Shown: piece after piece, positions 9,584 to 19,117 of the stretch
Position numbering within the stretch: the stretch's first letter is position 1
Layout: every line of letters begins with the position of its first letter
Assembly: GCA_964515545.1 (NCBI GenBank)
Contig: CAZERI010000001.1
Coordinates: 205,553-269,552 of the forward strand
Source: an uncultured Gammaproteobacteria bacterium
GTDB taxonomy: Bacteria; Patescibacteriota; Microgenomatia; Levybacterales; UBA12049
DNA: 64,000 nt
Reading direction: 5' to 3'
The notes under the pieces: model-generated
What the model saw: only the letters and a program-made list of their open reading frames with translations
The model's database searches: none
What the model was told of the DNA's origin: nothing
Position numbers and translations under genes: made by a program

Positions 9584-9856
9584 GTGTGGTTCCTTTCTCC
9601 TAGCCAAGCTAGGAATAATGCATCGGATAGTCAAAGAGCGTCTCTGGACCTCCTCGTGCTGACTGCCTAGCCAGCGAAGGTCCTTCAGGCTGCTGAGATT
9701 ATAACAAAACTATAGGAGAATACCTGACAAGAAGAGGACAACAGTTCAGATTAAAGAATAATGATTAACGATTAATGAAATAGTGAAAATGAGGCTTTAT
9801 GATACCTTTTGATATCTTAAGATTTGTTAGTCTTTAATCCTAAATCATTAATCTAC

Positions 9857-11092
9857 TTATTTCAAACTAATGGTGTAGAGGTTGGGGAGGATGGTCGAAT
9901 TATTAAGATCAGTCAGGATTACGAGCCGACTGCCATCTGGCCATGAGAAAGCATAATCTCCGATGAAAGGCCCTGCATAGACTGTCGTATTATTGGATCC
10001 GTCATATTCGACCATATGGATCTGTTTATTAGTAACAAATACGAGGTGGGCACTGTCAGGGAACCATGAAATAGGGAGTTCACATAACTCAGCATTACTC
10101 TTGCAGTCCTCGGGGGTAGTATCAATAATCTTAGTATTTCGATCTTCCTTAATATCATAGACATAGAGTCCGCCTTCTTTGATATCACGTCTCTCATAGA
10201 GGGTATCCAAGCCTAGCAGTCGAGGCTTGATAATAAGAGGTAGGTCAGCAGATCGTGAAGCTACGTAGAGGATCTTGGTGTCATCCGGCGACCAGCCAAG
10301 GATGGTAAAGTTCTCGGCGATCATCTTTTTCAGTGCGGGTTTGAGAGCGATGGTTTGGGAAGTGGCTTTCTCCTGTCTATCTGCATCAAATTGAGCCTGA
10401 ATAGAAGGTAAAATAGCGGTAACGTTACGAGGCTGGTTATTGAGTTGGCTAGCCTCAAGAAGATAGGTAGATGGGCCAAGTTCTCCCGAAACAGTAGCTA
10501 TCAGTTGCGATCCATCCGGCGACCAGGAGATAGCAGCCTCTGAAAAGAGCTGGAGCGTGTCGTTTACTACTTGTTTGGTCGCACTTTGGAGAGAAAGTAC
10601 TGAGCGAGCGTTCATATCATAGACATAGATCCCATTTTTGACAGCTGATTGGGAAGCTACTCGATAGGCAATTTTAGTACGAGAAGGGTCAATAACCGGT
10701 CCTTCAACACCACTGGCTGTGATACTTTCTAGCTTTGGAGCAATTGGGTAGAGGAGAGCATCAGCCTTGGTAACGAGTTCTTTGGTGACGTAGACATCTT
10801 TTTCCCAAGGAAAATAGCCGTCTTTGTGGATACTCACCGTGTACTTGCCAGGCAGTAGATCAATAGTATTATCTGTAGCGCTAGTCAGGTTATGATTGAT
10901 ATCAACAGAAGCGCCATTAGGAGTACTAGTAGCTACTAAAAGCCCTGTCTTTGAAAGAGAAGCTTTGCCTTGCAGGAGATTCAGCGCATTAAAACGATAG
11001 CCTTTAGCATAGAGAACAGCCAGGATTGTTCCAATAACGAGAAAAACAAGAACCAGGATTGAGATGAGAGCACTGCCCCGACTTCGTTCCAT
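9857..11092 (-). CDS. membrane-anchored PEGA-domain plus TolB-like beta-propeller protein
   Basis: N-terminal TM; PEGA-like GKYTVSIHKDGYFPWEKDVYV; WSPDGSQL propeller-blade motifs. Confidence 0.6.
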   Translation of the reverse strand: MERSRGSALISILVLVFLVIGTILAVLYAKGYRFNALNLLQGKASLSKTGLLVATSTPNGASVDINHNLTSATDNTIDLLPGKYTVSIHKDGYFPWEKDVYVTKELVTKADALLYPIAPKLESITASGVEGPVIDPSRTKIAYRVASQSAVKNGIYVYDMNARSVLSLQSATKQVVNDTLQLFSEAAISWSPDGSQLIATVSGELGPSTYLLEASQLNNQPRNVTAILPSIQAQFDADRQEKATSQTIALKPALKKMIAENFTILGWSPDDTKILYVASRSADLPLIIKPRLLGLDTLYERRDIKEGGLYVYDIKEDRNTKIIDTTPEDCKSNAELCELPISWFPDSAHLVFVTNKQIHMVEYDGSNNTTVYAGPFIGDYAFSWPDGSRLVILTDLNNSTILPNLYTISLK

Positions 11093-11285
11093 ATTCCTAT
11101 TATACTCTTAAAAAAATAGCTCTTGCAAGGCAGCCGGAGGACATCATGCCTGCGATGATCTAGAAAGTGTAGTGTATGATAGTGTCTCTCTTGCTTTACT
11201 CCGCAGTATTTAGTATTTTGTATGTAGTATTTGGCATAATACTTCTCACTACATACTAAATACTTTATACTAAATTCTAGCTATT

Positions 11286-12314
11286 ATGTTCACAGTTCCC
11301 ACCTCAAAAAGAATTGGCATCGATCTAGGTACTGCAAATACGCTGGTATACCTGGTGGGTGAAGGAATTGTCCTCAATGAACCCACAGTTGTAGCAGTAA
11401 CAGCTGAGGATAATCGGGTAGTTGCTGTAGGCAAGGAAGCCAAAGACATGCTGGGGCGGACTCCTGGCAATGTGGTGGCGATGAGACCGCTTCGCGATGG
11501 GGTTATTGCTGACTATAGTATTACTGAGGCGATGCTTTCCTACTTTATCGATAAAGCCTGCGGACAATCACGATTTTTTAAACCCGAAGTGATGGTCTGT
11601 ATCCCTAGTGGAGTTACTCAGGTTGAAAGGCGGGCTGTGCTTGACGCTGCTATGTCTGCGGGTGCTAAAGTTGCTTACCTCATCGATGAGCCCTTAGCTG
11701 CAGCAATTGGTGCTAAGATTCCTATTGCTCAGCCTGCTGGACATATGATCGTTAATATCGGCGGTGGTTCGACAGAATCAGCCGTAATCTCCTTAGGTGG
11801 AGTTGTGGTACATAGTTCAGTTAGGGTAGCAGGAAATAAGATCGATGAGGCTATCAGTAACTATATTAGAAGAAAATACAATCTTTTAATCGGTGAGACA
11901 ACAGCTGAAGATATTAAAATCGTACTTGGGAATGCTGTCATTGAAAAAGGAGCTAAAGAAGAGAAAGAGACCATGGAGATTCGAGGACGTGATACTATTA
12001 CTGGTCTTCCACGTTCAATTACTCTTGATGAGATTCAGGTCAATGAAGCTATCAAGCCTACACTGCTTGATATTATCGGAGGAGCAAAGGAGGTCCTTGA
12101 ACAATGTCCGCCTGAACTGGCAAGTGACATTATTGATAAAGGGATTGTTATGAGTGGGGGAACATCTCTTCTGAGAAATCTCGATAAGTTAATGACAGTA
12201 ACAACAGGGGTTCCTTGTCATGTGGCTGAAGATGCTCTGTTATGTGTAGTAAAGGGAACAGGAGTAGCCATGGAGAATATTGAGCTGTATAAGAGAAGTA
12301 TTGCTAAGAAATAG
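11286..12314 (+). CDS. mreB: rod-shape determining actin homolog MreB
   Basis: IGIDLGTANTLVY phosphate-1 motif, full-length actin-fold similarity. Confidence 0.9.
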   Translation: MFTVPTSKRIGIDLGTANTLVYLVGEGIVLNEPTVVAVTAEDNRVVAVGKEAKDMLGRTPGNVVAMRPLRDGVIADYSITEAMLSYFIDKACGQSRFFKPEVMVCIPSGVTQVERRAVLDAAMSAGAKVAYLIDEPLAAAIGAKIPIAQPAGHMIVNIGGGSTESAVISLGGVVVHSSVRVAGNKIDEAISNYIRRKYNLLIGETTAEDIKIVLGNAVIEKGAKEEKETMEIRGRDTITGLPRSITLDEIQVNEAIKPTLLDIIGGAKEVLEQCPPELASDIIDKGIVMSGGTSLLRNLDKLMTVTTGVPCHVAEDALLCVVKGTGVAMENIELYKRSIAKK

Positions 12315-12576
12315 ATTCGTTGATTGTTAGATTGCTAAATTGTCAAATAACTGTCTCATAATTATAGTATTACTACTAATATTTTCACAGACATAAGGAT
12401 TAAGCAAAGAGATTAATCCTAACTTAGTAGTCCTAGAGTAGAAAATGGCATATTTAAGTGATATTTTAATTATTTATGCCTAATTGGTAAATAATTGAAC
12501 TTAGATAATGTATATATTACATATTCAATATAGCAATCTAACCATCAAATAATTTAGCAAATTATAAATATAGTAT

Positions 12577-13299
12577 ATGAAACTTAATCTTGTGAAAAAA
12601 GAAATACTAGGAATTGGTATTACTGACACTACACTTGAGGATGTCTCAGAGTATATTATAGATCAAGTAAGAAATTCCCGACAAAAGCGTTTTGTTGTCA
12701 CTCCAAATCCTGAAATGATAGTCTATGCTTCCTCCCATCACGACGTCAAAAAAATCCTCCAGGAAGCTGATGTTGCCATCTGTGATGGGGTGGGACTCTT
12801 CCTTGCAGCCCATTTCCTAGGAATTCCTCTTAAAGAGCGGATAACAGGGGTAGATCTCATGCTCAGGCTATGTAAAGAGGCCTCTGAAGAGGGCTTGTCC
12901 ATAGGCTTTCTGGGCGGAAGAGCTGGGGTAGCAGAGCGTACAGCGGAGTGCTTGCGTGAAAAGCACAAAAATCTTAATGTCCGTTTCACAGGCTCAGATT
13001 GGGACGTCAAACGCTTCCCTAAAAGTGGAGTTGATCTTCTCTTCGTAGCTTATGGATTTCCTAAACAGGAGAGATGGATTGCTGAGAATTTGCCTATTCT
13101 TCCTGTCAAAATGGCTATGGGTGTAGGAGGCGCGTTTGATTATGTGAGTGGTGAGGTGCGAAGAGCGCCTTTTTTTGTTCGGGCAATAGGCCTTGAGTGG
13201 GCTTTTCGTCTTCTTAGCCAGCCTTGGCGATATAAACGTCAGCTTAAACTGGCTACGTTCATATGGCTTGTAGCCAAGGCCAGATTCAGTTCACGATAA
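12577..13299 (+). CDS. WecB/TagA/CpsF family glycosyltransferase (N-acetylmannosaminyltransferase-like)
   Basis: ILGIGIT..VVTPNPEMIV..GVGLF..GGAFDYVSGEVRRAP pattern typical of TagA/WecG. Confidence 0.8.
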   Translation: MKLNLVKKEILGIGITDTTLEDVSEYIIDQVRNSRQKRFVVTPNPEMIVYASSHHDVKKILQEADVAICDGVGLFLAAHFLGIPLKERITGVDLMLRLCKEASEEGLSIGFLGGRAGVAERTAECLREKHKNLNVRFTGSDWDVKRFPKSGVDLLFVAYGFPKQERWIAENLPILPVKMAMGVGGAFDYVSGEVRRAPFFVRAIGLEWAFRLLSQPWRYKRQLKLATFIWLVAKARFSSR

Positions 13300-13337
13300 C
13301 TGAAATAAGAAGATAAAATCTGGTATACTTTCGAGAT

Positions 13338-14864
13338 ATGTACAGCTATTACGATCTAAAAGAGTTCTTTAAGCGCCAGGATATCCGGCTTATTATGGTG
13401 GCAGATGCTGAGACACGTGTCCATGAATTAAAGAATGATAAGCTGACGGTAAAAATTCCAGCCGGAGGAGTCTCAGTAGCTTTAGATCCAATCGTCAAGG
13501 CAGCTCAAGGAATTTATATTGGACGTGGTAAGACTGAGGCTGATAAAGAGGTAGTCGATCGCTCCAATAAATTTAAAGTCGAAGCATCGGATGGTGAATA
13601 TACCCTCAAGCGTGTTTTTGCCCCCAAAGAAGAGGAAGATGCTTATTATTATGGCTTTTCCAATCAGACGATGTGGCCACTCTGCCACGTAGCCTTTGAG
13701 GCTCCAGAATTTCATGATGCGTGGTTTGAAGGATATAAAAAAGTAAATGAGCGTTTTGCTAAAGCTATTAAAGAAGAACTAACTGGTAACAAAAAGACAC
13801 TCCTCTGGATTCATGATTATCAGATGACCTTAGTCCCATCCATGGTTAAAAACCTCAATAAAAATATGGTAATGGGTATGTTTTGGCATATCCCATGGCC
13901 GACATGGGAAGTTTTTCGTATCTTACCTCAAAAGAAAGAGATCTTAGAGAGTATGCTTTGTTGTGATTTTATCGCTTTCCATAGAGGGTATCAGGCCTCT
14001 AATTTCTTAGAATCCGTAGAACGTGAGCTCGAAGTACGGATTGATCGTGAACGTAATAGAGTGCATTATAAAGATCATGTAACAACGATTACTCATCTTC
14101 CTTTGGGAATTGATACCGATGTCATTCGTTCTCTGTTGGTGGATCGGAAAGAGCAGGGACTTATGGGCAAATTCGTCTCGAGCATGATCGGGACACCTAA
14201 GGAGGAAGAGGATCCATTTGAACAGTTCTTTACCGACCATAAAGTAATAGTAGGAGTGGATCGTCTCGACTATACCAAAGGTCTTATCCTGAGGCTTCGT
14301 GCCATTGACCGTTTCTTAGAGCAATACCCTTCCTATATCGGCAAGGTAGTCTATGTGGGAATCGTTGCTCCTTCGCGTGAGGCTATTCCATCCTATGAAC
14401 ACCTTAAAAAAGAATTGAAAGCCAAAGCTCAGGAAATTAATAAAAAGTATGTCCAAAAAAATGGCTGGATGCCTATTTTCCTTCTGCATGATGTATTTAA
14501 CAGGCATAATATCATGCAGTTTTACCAAAGAGCAGATATCTGCCTGGTTACTGCTCGAGATGACGGAATGAATCTTGTTTCGAAGGAATTTGTTCTCGCC
14601 TCATCGAAGTCAGATAATCCAGGAATGCTCGTCCTCTCGCAGTTTGCGGGATCAGCAATTGATCTTACCGAGGCTATTATCGTTAATCCTTATGATGTCA
14701 ATGAAGTAGCTAAAGCTATAAAAAGAGGCCTTGAGATGGATAAAAAAGAGAAAGTAGAGAGAATTGCCCATATGGTAAGTACTCTTGACGAGCGGAATGT
14801 CTATCAATGGGCTGAGGAATTTGTTAAATCTGCTTTAGCCTCTCACGTTGATCCTCAGAAGTAG
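13338..14864 (+). CDS. otsA: GT20 family alpha,alpha-trehalose-phosphate synthase-like glycosyltransferase
   Basis: MWPLCHV, WIHDYQMTLVP, FWHIPWP motifs match OtsA signature blocks. Confidence 0.75.
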   Translation: MYSYYDLKEFFKRQDIRLIMVADAETRVHELKNDKLTVKIPAGGVSVALDPIVKAAQGIYIGRGKTEADKEVVDRSNKFKVEASDGEYTLKRVFAPKEEEDAYYYGFSNQTMWPLCHVAFEAPEFHDAWFEGYKKVNERFAKAIKEELTGNKKTLLWIHDYQMTLVPSMVKNLNKNMVMGMFWHIPWPTWEVFRILPQKKEILESMLCCDFIAFHRGYQASNFLESVERELEVRIDRERNRVHYKDHVTTITHLPLGIDTDVIRSLLVDRKEQGLMGKFVSSMIGTPKEEEDPFEQFFTDHKVIVGVDRLDYTKGLILRLRAIDRFLEQYPSYIGKVVYVGIVAPSREAIPSYEHLKKELKAKAQEINKKYVQKNGWMPIFLLHDVFNRHNIMQFYQRADICLVTARDDGMNLVSKEFVLASSKSDNPGMLVLSQFAGSAIDLTEAIIVNPYDVNEVAKAIKRGLEMDKKEKVERIAHMVSTLDERNVYQWAEEFVKSALASHVDPQK

Positions 14865-14902
14865 TGACACTATAATTTATAGTACGATATAGATAAGTAG
14901 TA

Positions 14903-15328
14903 TTAAATAGGCAGATAGAAGAGTGAAAGTCCAAAAAGCTGAGGCATATATTCAAAGGTACAAATCTGTGATACTCCGCGTCTATTAGCAAGTACTGATA
15001 GAAGAGCTTTATTGAAGGTGAGGTCAGTTGTCTTAAAATTAACGATAGCCTTGAGAGCTGCCTTCATGTCTGCATCTTCGGGATAGATCATATTAACATT
15101 TGAGAGTGCCATAACCCGCATAAAATCTTTGGCTAGGGAGGGGCTGATATCAGTATAAAGTCTGTTATATGACTCAAGAATAGTTACGGGATCTGAAAAA
15201 AGCTGATATTCCTCAATACCAAAGTAACGAAAATATGCAGTAGCCTGGTCGTATTTGATATGAGCCCTATCAATAAAAGCGACGAAGGTTGAAGAATCGA
15301 GATACACTTTTTTACTAGGTAATGGCAT
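14903..15328 (-). CDS. PIN-domain protein (VapC-like putative toxin)
   Basis: N-terminal VYLDSSTFVAFIDR with conserved Asp; size 141 aa. Confidence 0.5.
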   Translation of the reverse strand: MPLPSKKVYLDSSTFVAFIDRAHIKYDQATAYFRYFGIEEYQLFSDPVTILESYNRLYTDISPSLAKDFMRVMALSNVNMIYPEDADMKAALKAIVNFKTTDLTFNKALLSVLANRRGVSQICTFEYMPQLFGLSLFYLPI

Positions 15329-15426
15329 ATTTCTTGATTATAGATTTTCGATTTTGGATTTTTGAATAGTGAGTTCTTTTGTATTTTTAATTAATCCATT
15401 CTTCATATTCTTTAATCCTAAATCAG

Positions 15427-15795
15427 TTATGACGACAGTTTAATACTCGCTCCGCGTCCGTTAAGCCGTAGGAAAGGATCTTCCATAGAAAATGACTTAG
15501 CTGGGTTTAATTTAACTCGTAAGCCTGGTTCTGTGCTTTTAACCTGGGGGGTGTAGTCTTTATTAAATTCATGGAGATCTTTTTCCTTAATACGAATTGC
15601 ACCGCCTACTTTGAGTGCTTTCAGCCTTCCTTCTTTAATGTAGCGTCTAATAGTAAGGGGATGAACTTTAAGAATAAAAGCAGCTTGGTTGACATTAAAT
15701 AAATTATCCATTGCTAAAGGATTAAATTGTTCTATTGCTAACAATTTAACACTGTAATCATTTAACAATTGGCGAAGCCTTCTGTCAATATGCAA
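15427..15795 (-). CDS. excisionase/MerR-family HTH DNA-binding protein (possible antitoxin/regulator; true start may be internal)
   Basis: FILKVHPLTIRRYIKEGRLKALKVGGAIRIKEKDL resembles HTH_17/excisionase fold. Confidence 0.5.
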   Translation of the reverse strand: MHIDRRLRQLLNDYSVKLLAIEQFNPLAMDNLFNVNQAAFILKVHPLTIRRYIKEGRLKALKVGGAIRIKEKDLHEFNKDYTPQVKSTEPGLRVKLNPAKSFSMEDPFLRLNGRGASIKLSS

Positions 15796-16011
15796 AACTA
15801 TACATCTTTATATAAGCATATATAAAACCGTGAAAAGTTTGACTGTCTTTCCAAAATGGTGTTTACTGTTTTCACAGACGCAAAAGTAAGCTTAGTACGA
15901 CAGCGATATACATCCAAAGAGGCGTTTTCCACAAGACCTCTTTAACCGAAAAAGCTTACCTAAAAATAGAGAGCAAGGCGTCTTTGGGTAAACTTTGTAT
16001 TCTAAGAGGCT

Positions 16012-16194
16012 ATGATAACAATGGTTAAATATACAACGGGGGAAAGGGTTAAGCTCATAGAGGCATGCGCTTGGTGTCCCCGTTCTCTCTATCCAGATTT
16101 ATCAGAAGATCAGGAATATACCCATGGGATATGCTCGAAGCATTACAAATCACTTATGGAAACACTACACAAAAAAAAGGAGGTCCGCTACTAA
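16012..16194 (+). CDS. small Cys/His zinc-ribbon-like protein, 60 aa
   Basis: CAWCP...HGICSKH spacing; ORF only. Confidence 0.35.
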   Translation: MITMVKYTTGERVKLIEACAWCPRSLYPDLSEDQEYTHGICSKHYKSLMETLHKKKEVRY

Positions 16195-16521
16195 CGCTTG
16201 AAGCTTGGTATTAGGCATAAAAAGTAGACCTGCATTGTGAGTAGGGAAGCGGTTTATTACTAACTCTAGGTTTTAAGAAGAAAATTCAATATGGCACAAA
16301 TACTATTAAAAGATATGAGGAAATCAGCACATAAATTTTACACTAAGACTCTGAGGAATTTGCGGGCAGTAACAACGCTGCTGCAAATGTCCCAGTTAGG
16401 GTAATAAGACTGTACCGTTTACTACAGAGGGCTGAAAAAACGCAACAGCCCTCTGTGGTTGGTAGGGGTTCTTGGGTTCTCTTTGCTCTTAGGGGGATTA
16501 TGGGTTAAAAGGTATTTGGGT

Positions 16522-16944
16522 TCATTTTACGGTTATTACTAAACGGATCGTAGGATCAGTACGATCAGCGACAATAAACGTCCCGGATTTGTCCATACGC
16601 GTATGCAATTGTTCCATATACGCGTATGGGCGGGGCGTAGTTAGATCTTCCTCTGTTGATACCAAGTCCATTTGTTTGTCCTCACTTTTATTAACAATAG
16701 TTAGATAGCGACTATTTTCTACCCCTACATTTGTTCTACTGAAGCGGTGTCCGTCATAGAAAATAATAGTATCATTCTGTGCTGCTGTGGGAGTGTTGGG
16801 CTGATTTGGAGCTCGTTTTGTTAAGGTAGCGGGAGATTCTGGAAGGAGGAAAATACCACGGGAGAACATATCAGGGAAGAGTAATGCGTGAATAAAAAAA
16901 CCACACACAAGACCAATACAAAGGCAAAAAATAATTTTCTTCAT
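16522..16944 (-). CDS. small secreted hypothetical protein, last gene of surface operon
   Basis: Signal peptide MKKIIFCLCIGLVCGFFIHA; ORF contiguous with the upstream genes. Confidence 0.5.
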   Translation of the reverse strand: MKKIIFCLCIGLVCGFFIHALLFPDMFSRGIFLLPESPATLTKRAPNQPNTPTAAQNDTIIFYDGHRFSRTNVGVENSRYLTIVNKSEDKQMDLVSTEEDLTTPRPYAYMEQLHTRMDKSGTFIVADRTDPTIRLVITVK

Positions 16945-16980
16945 ATAAGCTGGATCAGAACTATATGCTAGCGTTACACC

Positions 16981-17925
16981 TTATTTGGTAAGTGCTCTCA
17001 ACGCTTTACGGAGACGTTTGCGAAGAACAATAAGAAGCACAAGCACGACAAGTACTAGAGCTGCAATTCTGACAGGGAAGACATAAAATGTGGTCTGTGC
17101 AGTCAGTACATCATTCTGAGAGCCATAATACATAAGGGCTGTGGCGGTGTATGGCCCGATAAGAAATGTCTTGTTGAGAGTTGCCTTAACGACTCGAGCT
17201 GCATCGGGAAAGACATTGGTGCCAGGGACCACAATATCAGCTACTTTATTGCCGAGTGCGTCACGGACATTTATCAGGCCATAGGTCTTGACATGAACGT
17301 TGCCGGTATTTTGGAAAGTAAGGTCCATTGTTACAGGGCCAAACTCTGAGAAGCGGGGAGATGACATACTCGTTATGGCTAAGCGCTCATTTACCGCTCC
17401 ATTGAGGCGAAGGAGGAAAAGGGAGGCAATTTGCTGTGAAACTGCTGCTGCGTTGCCTGTCGTAGATTCAGGTTTTACTGCAAAGACGAATGAGCCGTAT
17501 CGTCCGCCGGCTGCATCTTTAGGGGCGGTGACTGTGGCGGTTACTTCTTGCTCTGAGTGAGGCGGGAGAGTAAATGAACCTGGAGTAACTTTTGTCCAAT
17601 TAGCAACGGAATATGTTCCTCCTTGGGAGAGAGCTACCTGGCCTTCATCCCCGCTTGCTGTAAAGTCCTCGATATGAGCAGTCATGGTAAGACTGTCATT
17701 ACTTTTATTACGGATGATTGATTTAATCTGGACACTGTCTCCTGGATCAAGGGTTACCTCTTGGGATGGTGGAGATACTTCAAGTGTCTGTCCGTCATTT
17801 TGTCCTCTTACCCATGTCTTAACTGAACTATATGCAACTACAGAGAGAACTACAAAAAAGAGGATGAAGAGTCCTCCCATCATTTTTTTTCTTTCTATCT
17901 GACCACTGAATAGGGAAGTCTTCAT
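16981..17925 (-). CDS. cell-surface protein with signal peptide and C-terminal TM anchor plus basic tail (DUF916/DUF3324-like architecture)
   Basis: N-terminal hydrophobic segment; C-terminal IAALVLVVLVLLIVLRKRLRKALRALTK; paired with the preceding secreted protein. Confidence 0.55.
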   Translation of the reverse strand: MKTSLFSGQIERKKMMGGLFILFFVVLSVVAYSSVKTWVRGQNDGQTLEVSPPSQEVTLDPGDSVQIKSIIRNKSNDSLTMTAHIEDFTASGDEGQVALSQGGTYSVANWTKVTPGSFTLPPHSEQEVTATVTAPKDAAGGRYGSFVFAVKPESTTGNAAAVSQQIASLFLLRLNGAVNERLAITSMSSPRFSEFGPVTMDLTFQNTGNVHVKTYGLINVRDALGNKVADIVVPGTNVFPDAARVVKATLNKTFLIGPYTATALMYYGSQNDVLTAQTTFYVFPVRIAALVLVVLVLLIVLRKRLRKALRALTK

Positions 17926-17931
17926 TGATTA

Positions 17932-19068
17932 TTAATAAGTAGGTGTTGCTATAAGTACGACTGTTCCAGAGTATGAGCCTGGAGGCTGAAGGTTATTGAC
18001 TTCAATCTCATAGCCAATGCGGGTTGTCTCACTACTAACTCCTCCTGCACTGCATGCAACTTCCTGTCCAAGGGTGGTAGAGCCAGCCCATTTATTACCG
18101 CCACTTGAGGTAAAACGTGTAGCAGTACCGCTGCAGAGGGATGAGTCCTCAGTCGTATAACCAAAATAACCAGTATTAGTATTAGCAGAAGATCCAGCTG
18201 GAGAGGACCACGTCGTGGGAGTACCATTAGTACCAGAAAATGCATCTACATTATTAGTAGATCCCGACACAAGCGGTGGGAAGCCTGCCTGGCTTGTCGC
18301 TGAATGGGAAGCTGTAACAGTATAGCCACTGCTGGCATTTGTGGTAATTGTTATATCCTGAGCAGCCACTTTGGCAGAAGCTGCAGTAAGCGTCCCAAAA
18401 GGAATTGATGTTGCAGTTGTGGTGACACCATTTGTTAAGTTAGCATTATTAACGCTATTTGAGCCTGTTCCGGCAATGCCTGCAACCGAGAAAGTGAGTG
18501 TTGGATCGACATTGGCAGTTACGGCAATTGATGTACTATTGAGAACTGCAAAGGCAACGGTAGCAGTATCAATTACAGTTGTGCCGGTATCTGAGTATGT
18601 AGTGATACGCGCATAGTATGTAGTATTAGCAGTGGAAGGATTAGTGATAGTGGTATAGTCAATAAACATGGCCTGAGTTGACTGGGTGGAAGGAGTACCT
18701 GCAACAAGTGTTAAGGTTCCATTGACGTTAACAGTATCTGTTTTGGATGATCCTGCTAAGTTATCACTGGTTCTGGTCGCGCCAGTTGAAGAAAAGTCTG
18801 AGGGGGTGTTGCAGGTGCCGGATGCAGCATCACAAATAAGAATAGTTATTTGTTTGATCGCTGTCGTAACACTGGTGGTAAAACGGAATTGATAAGTGAC
18901 ATTGGTCGCAGCAGATTGTGAATTATTAATCATCAATTTTGCAGGGGATAAAGCACCAGCTTGAGCATGGCCTACGAGAAATGCAAAAAGAGGATTAGTG
19001 AGAACCACAGCAATAAGCGCCACGAGAAGGAAGCTGAAATGGAGAACCTTGGGCATATAAGATTTCAT
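17932..19068 (-). CDS. secreted Thr/Ser-rich surface protein (WxL-like candidate), paralog of 6250..7704 and 20029..21108
   Basis: Signal peptide; shared motifs TTW..GYFGYTTEDS..TRF and C-terminal YSGTVVLIATPTY. Confidence 0.6.
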   Translation of the reverse strand: MKSYMPKVLHFSFLLVALIAVVLTNPLFAFLVGHAQAGALSPAKLMINNSQSAATNVTYQFRFTTSVTTAIKQITILICDAASGTCNTPSDFSSTGATRTSDNLAGSSKTDTVNVNGTLTLVAGTPSTQSTQAMFIDYTTITNPSTANTTYYARITTYSDTGTTVIDTATVAFAVLNSTSIAVTANVDPTLTFSVAGIAGTGSNSVNNANLTNGVTTTATSIPFGTLTAASAKVAAQDITITTNASSGYTVTASHSATSQAGFPPLVSGSTNNVDAFSGTNGTPTTWSSPAGSSANTNTGYFGYTTEDSSLCSGTATRFTSSGGNKWAGSTTLGQEVACSAGGVSSETTRIGYEIEVNNLQPPGSYSGTVVLIATPTY

Positions 19069-19117
19069 ACCTAGTTCCAGAGTATCTAAGTAGCAGTCTT
19101 ATTGTCAAGTAACACTT

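Noticed and set aside
9423-9662. 79-aa plus-strand ORF in the first GC-rich cassette
   Set aside because: It is antisense to the SD-led small-peptide operon and is Arg/Ser-rich, as expected of GC-rich antisense.
12395-12419. Hairpin AGGATTAA…TTAATCCT after mreB, considered as a terminator
   Set aside because: It is an AT-rich 8-bp stem without a U-tract. It is plausible but weak, so it is not listed as a feature.
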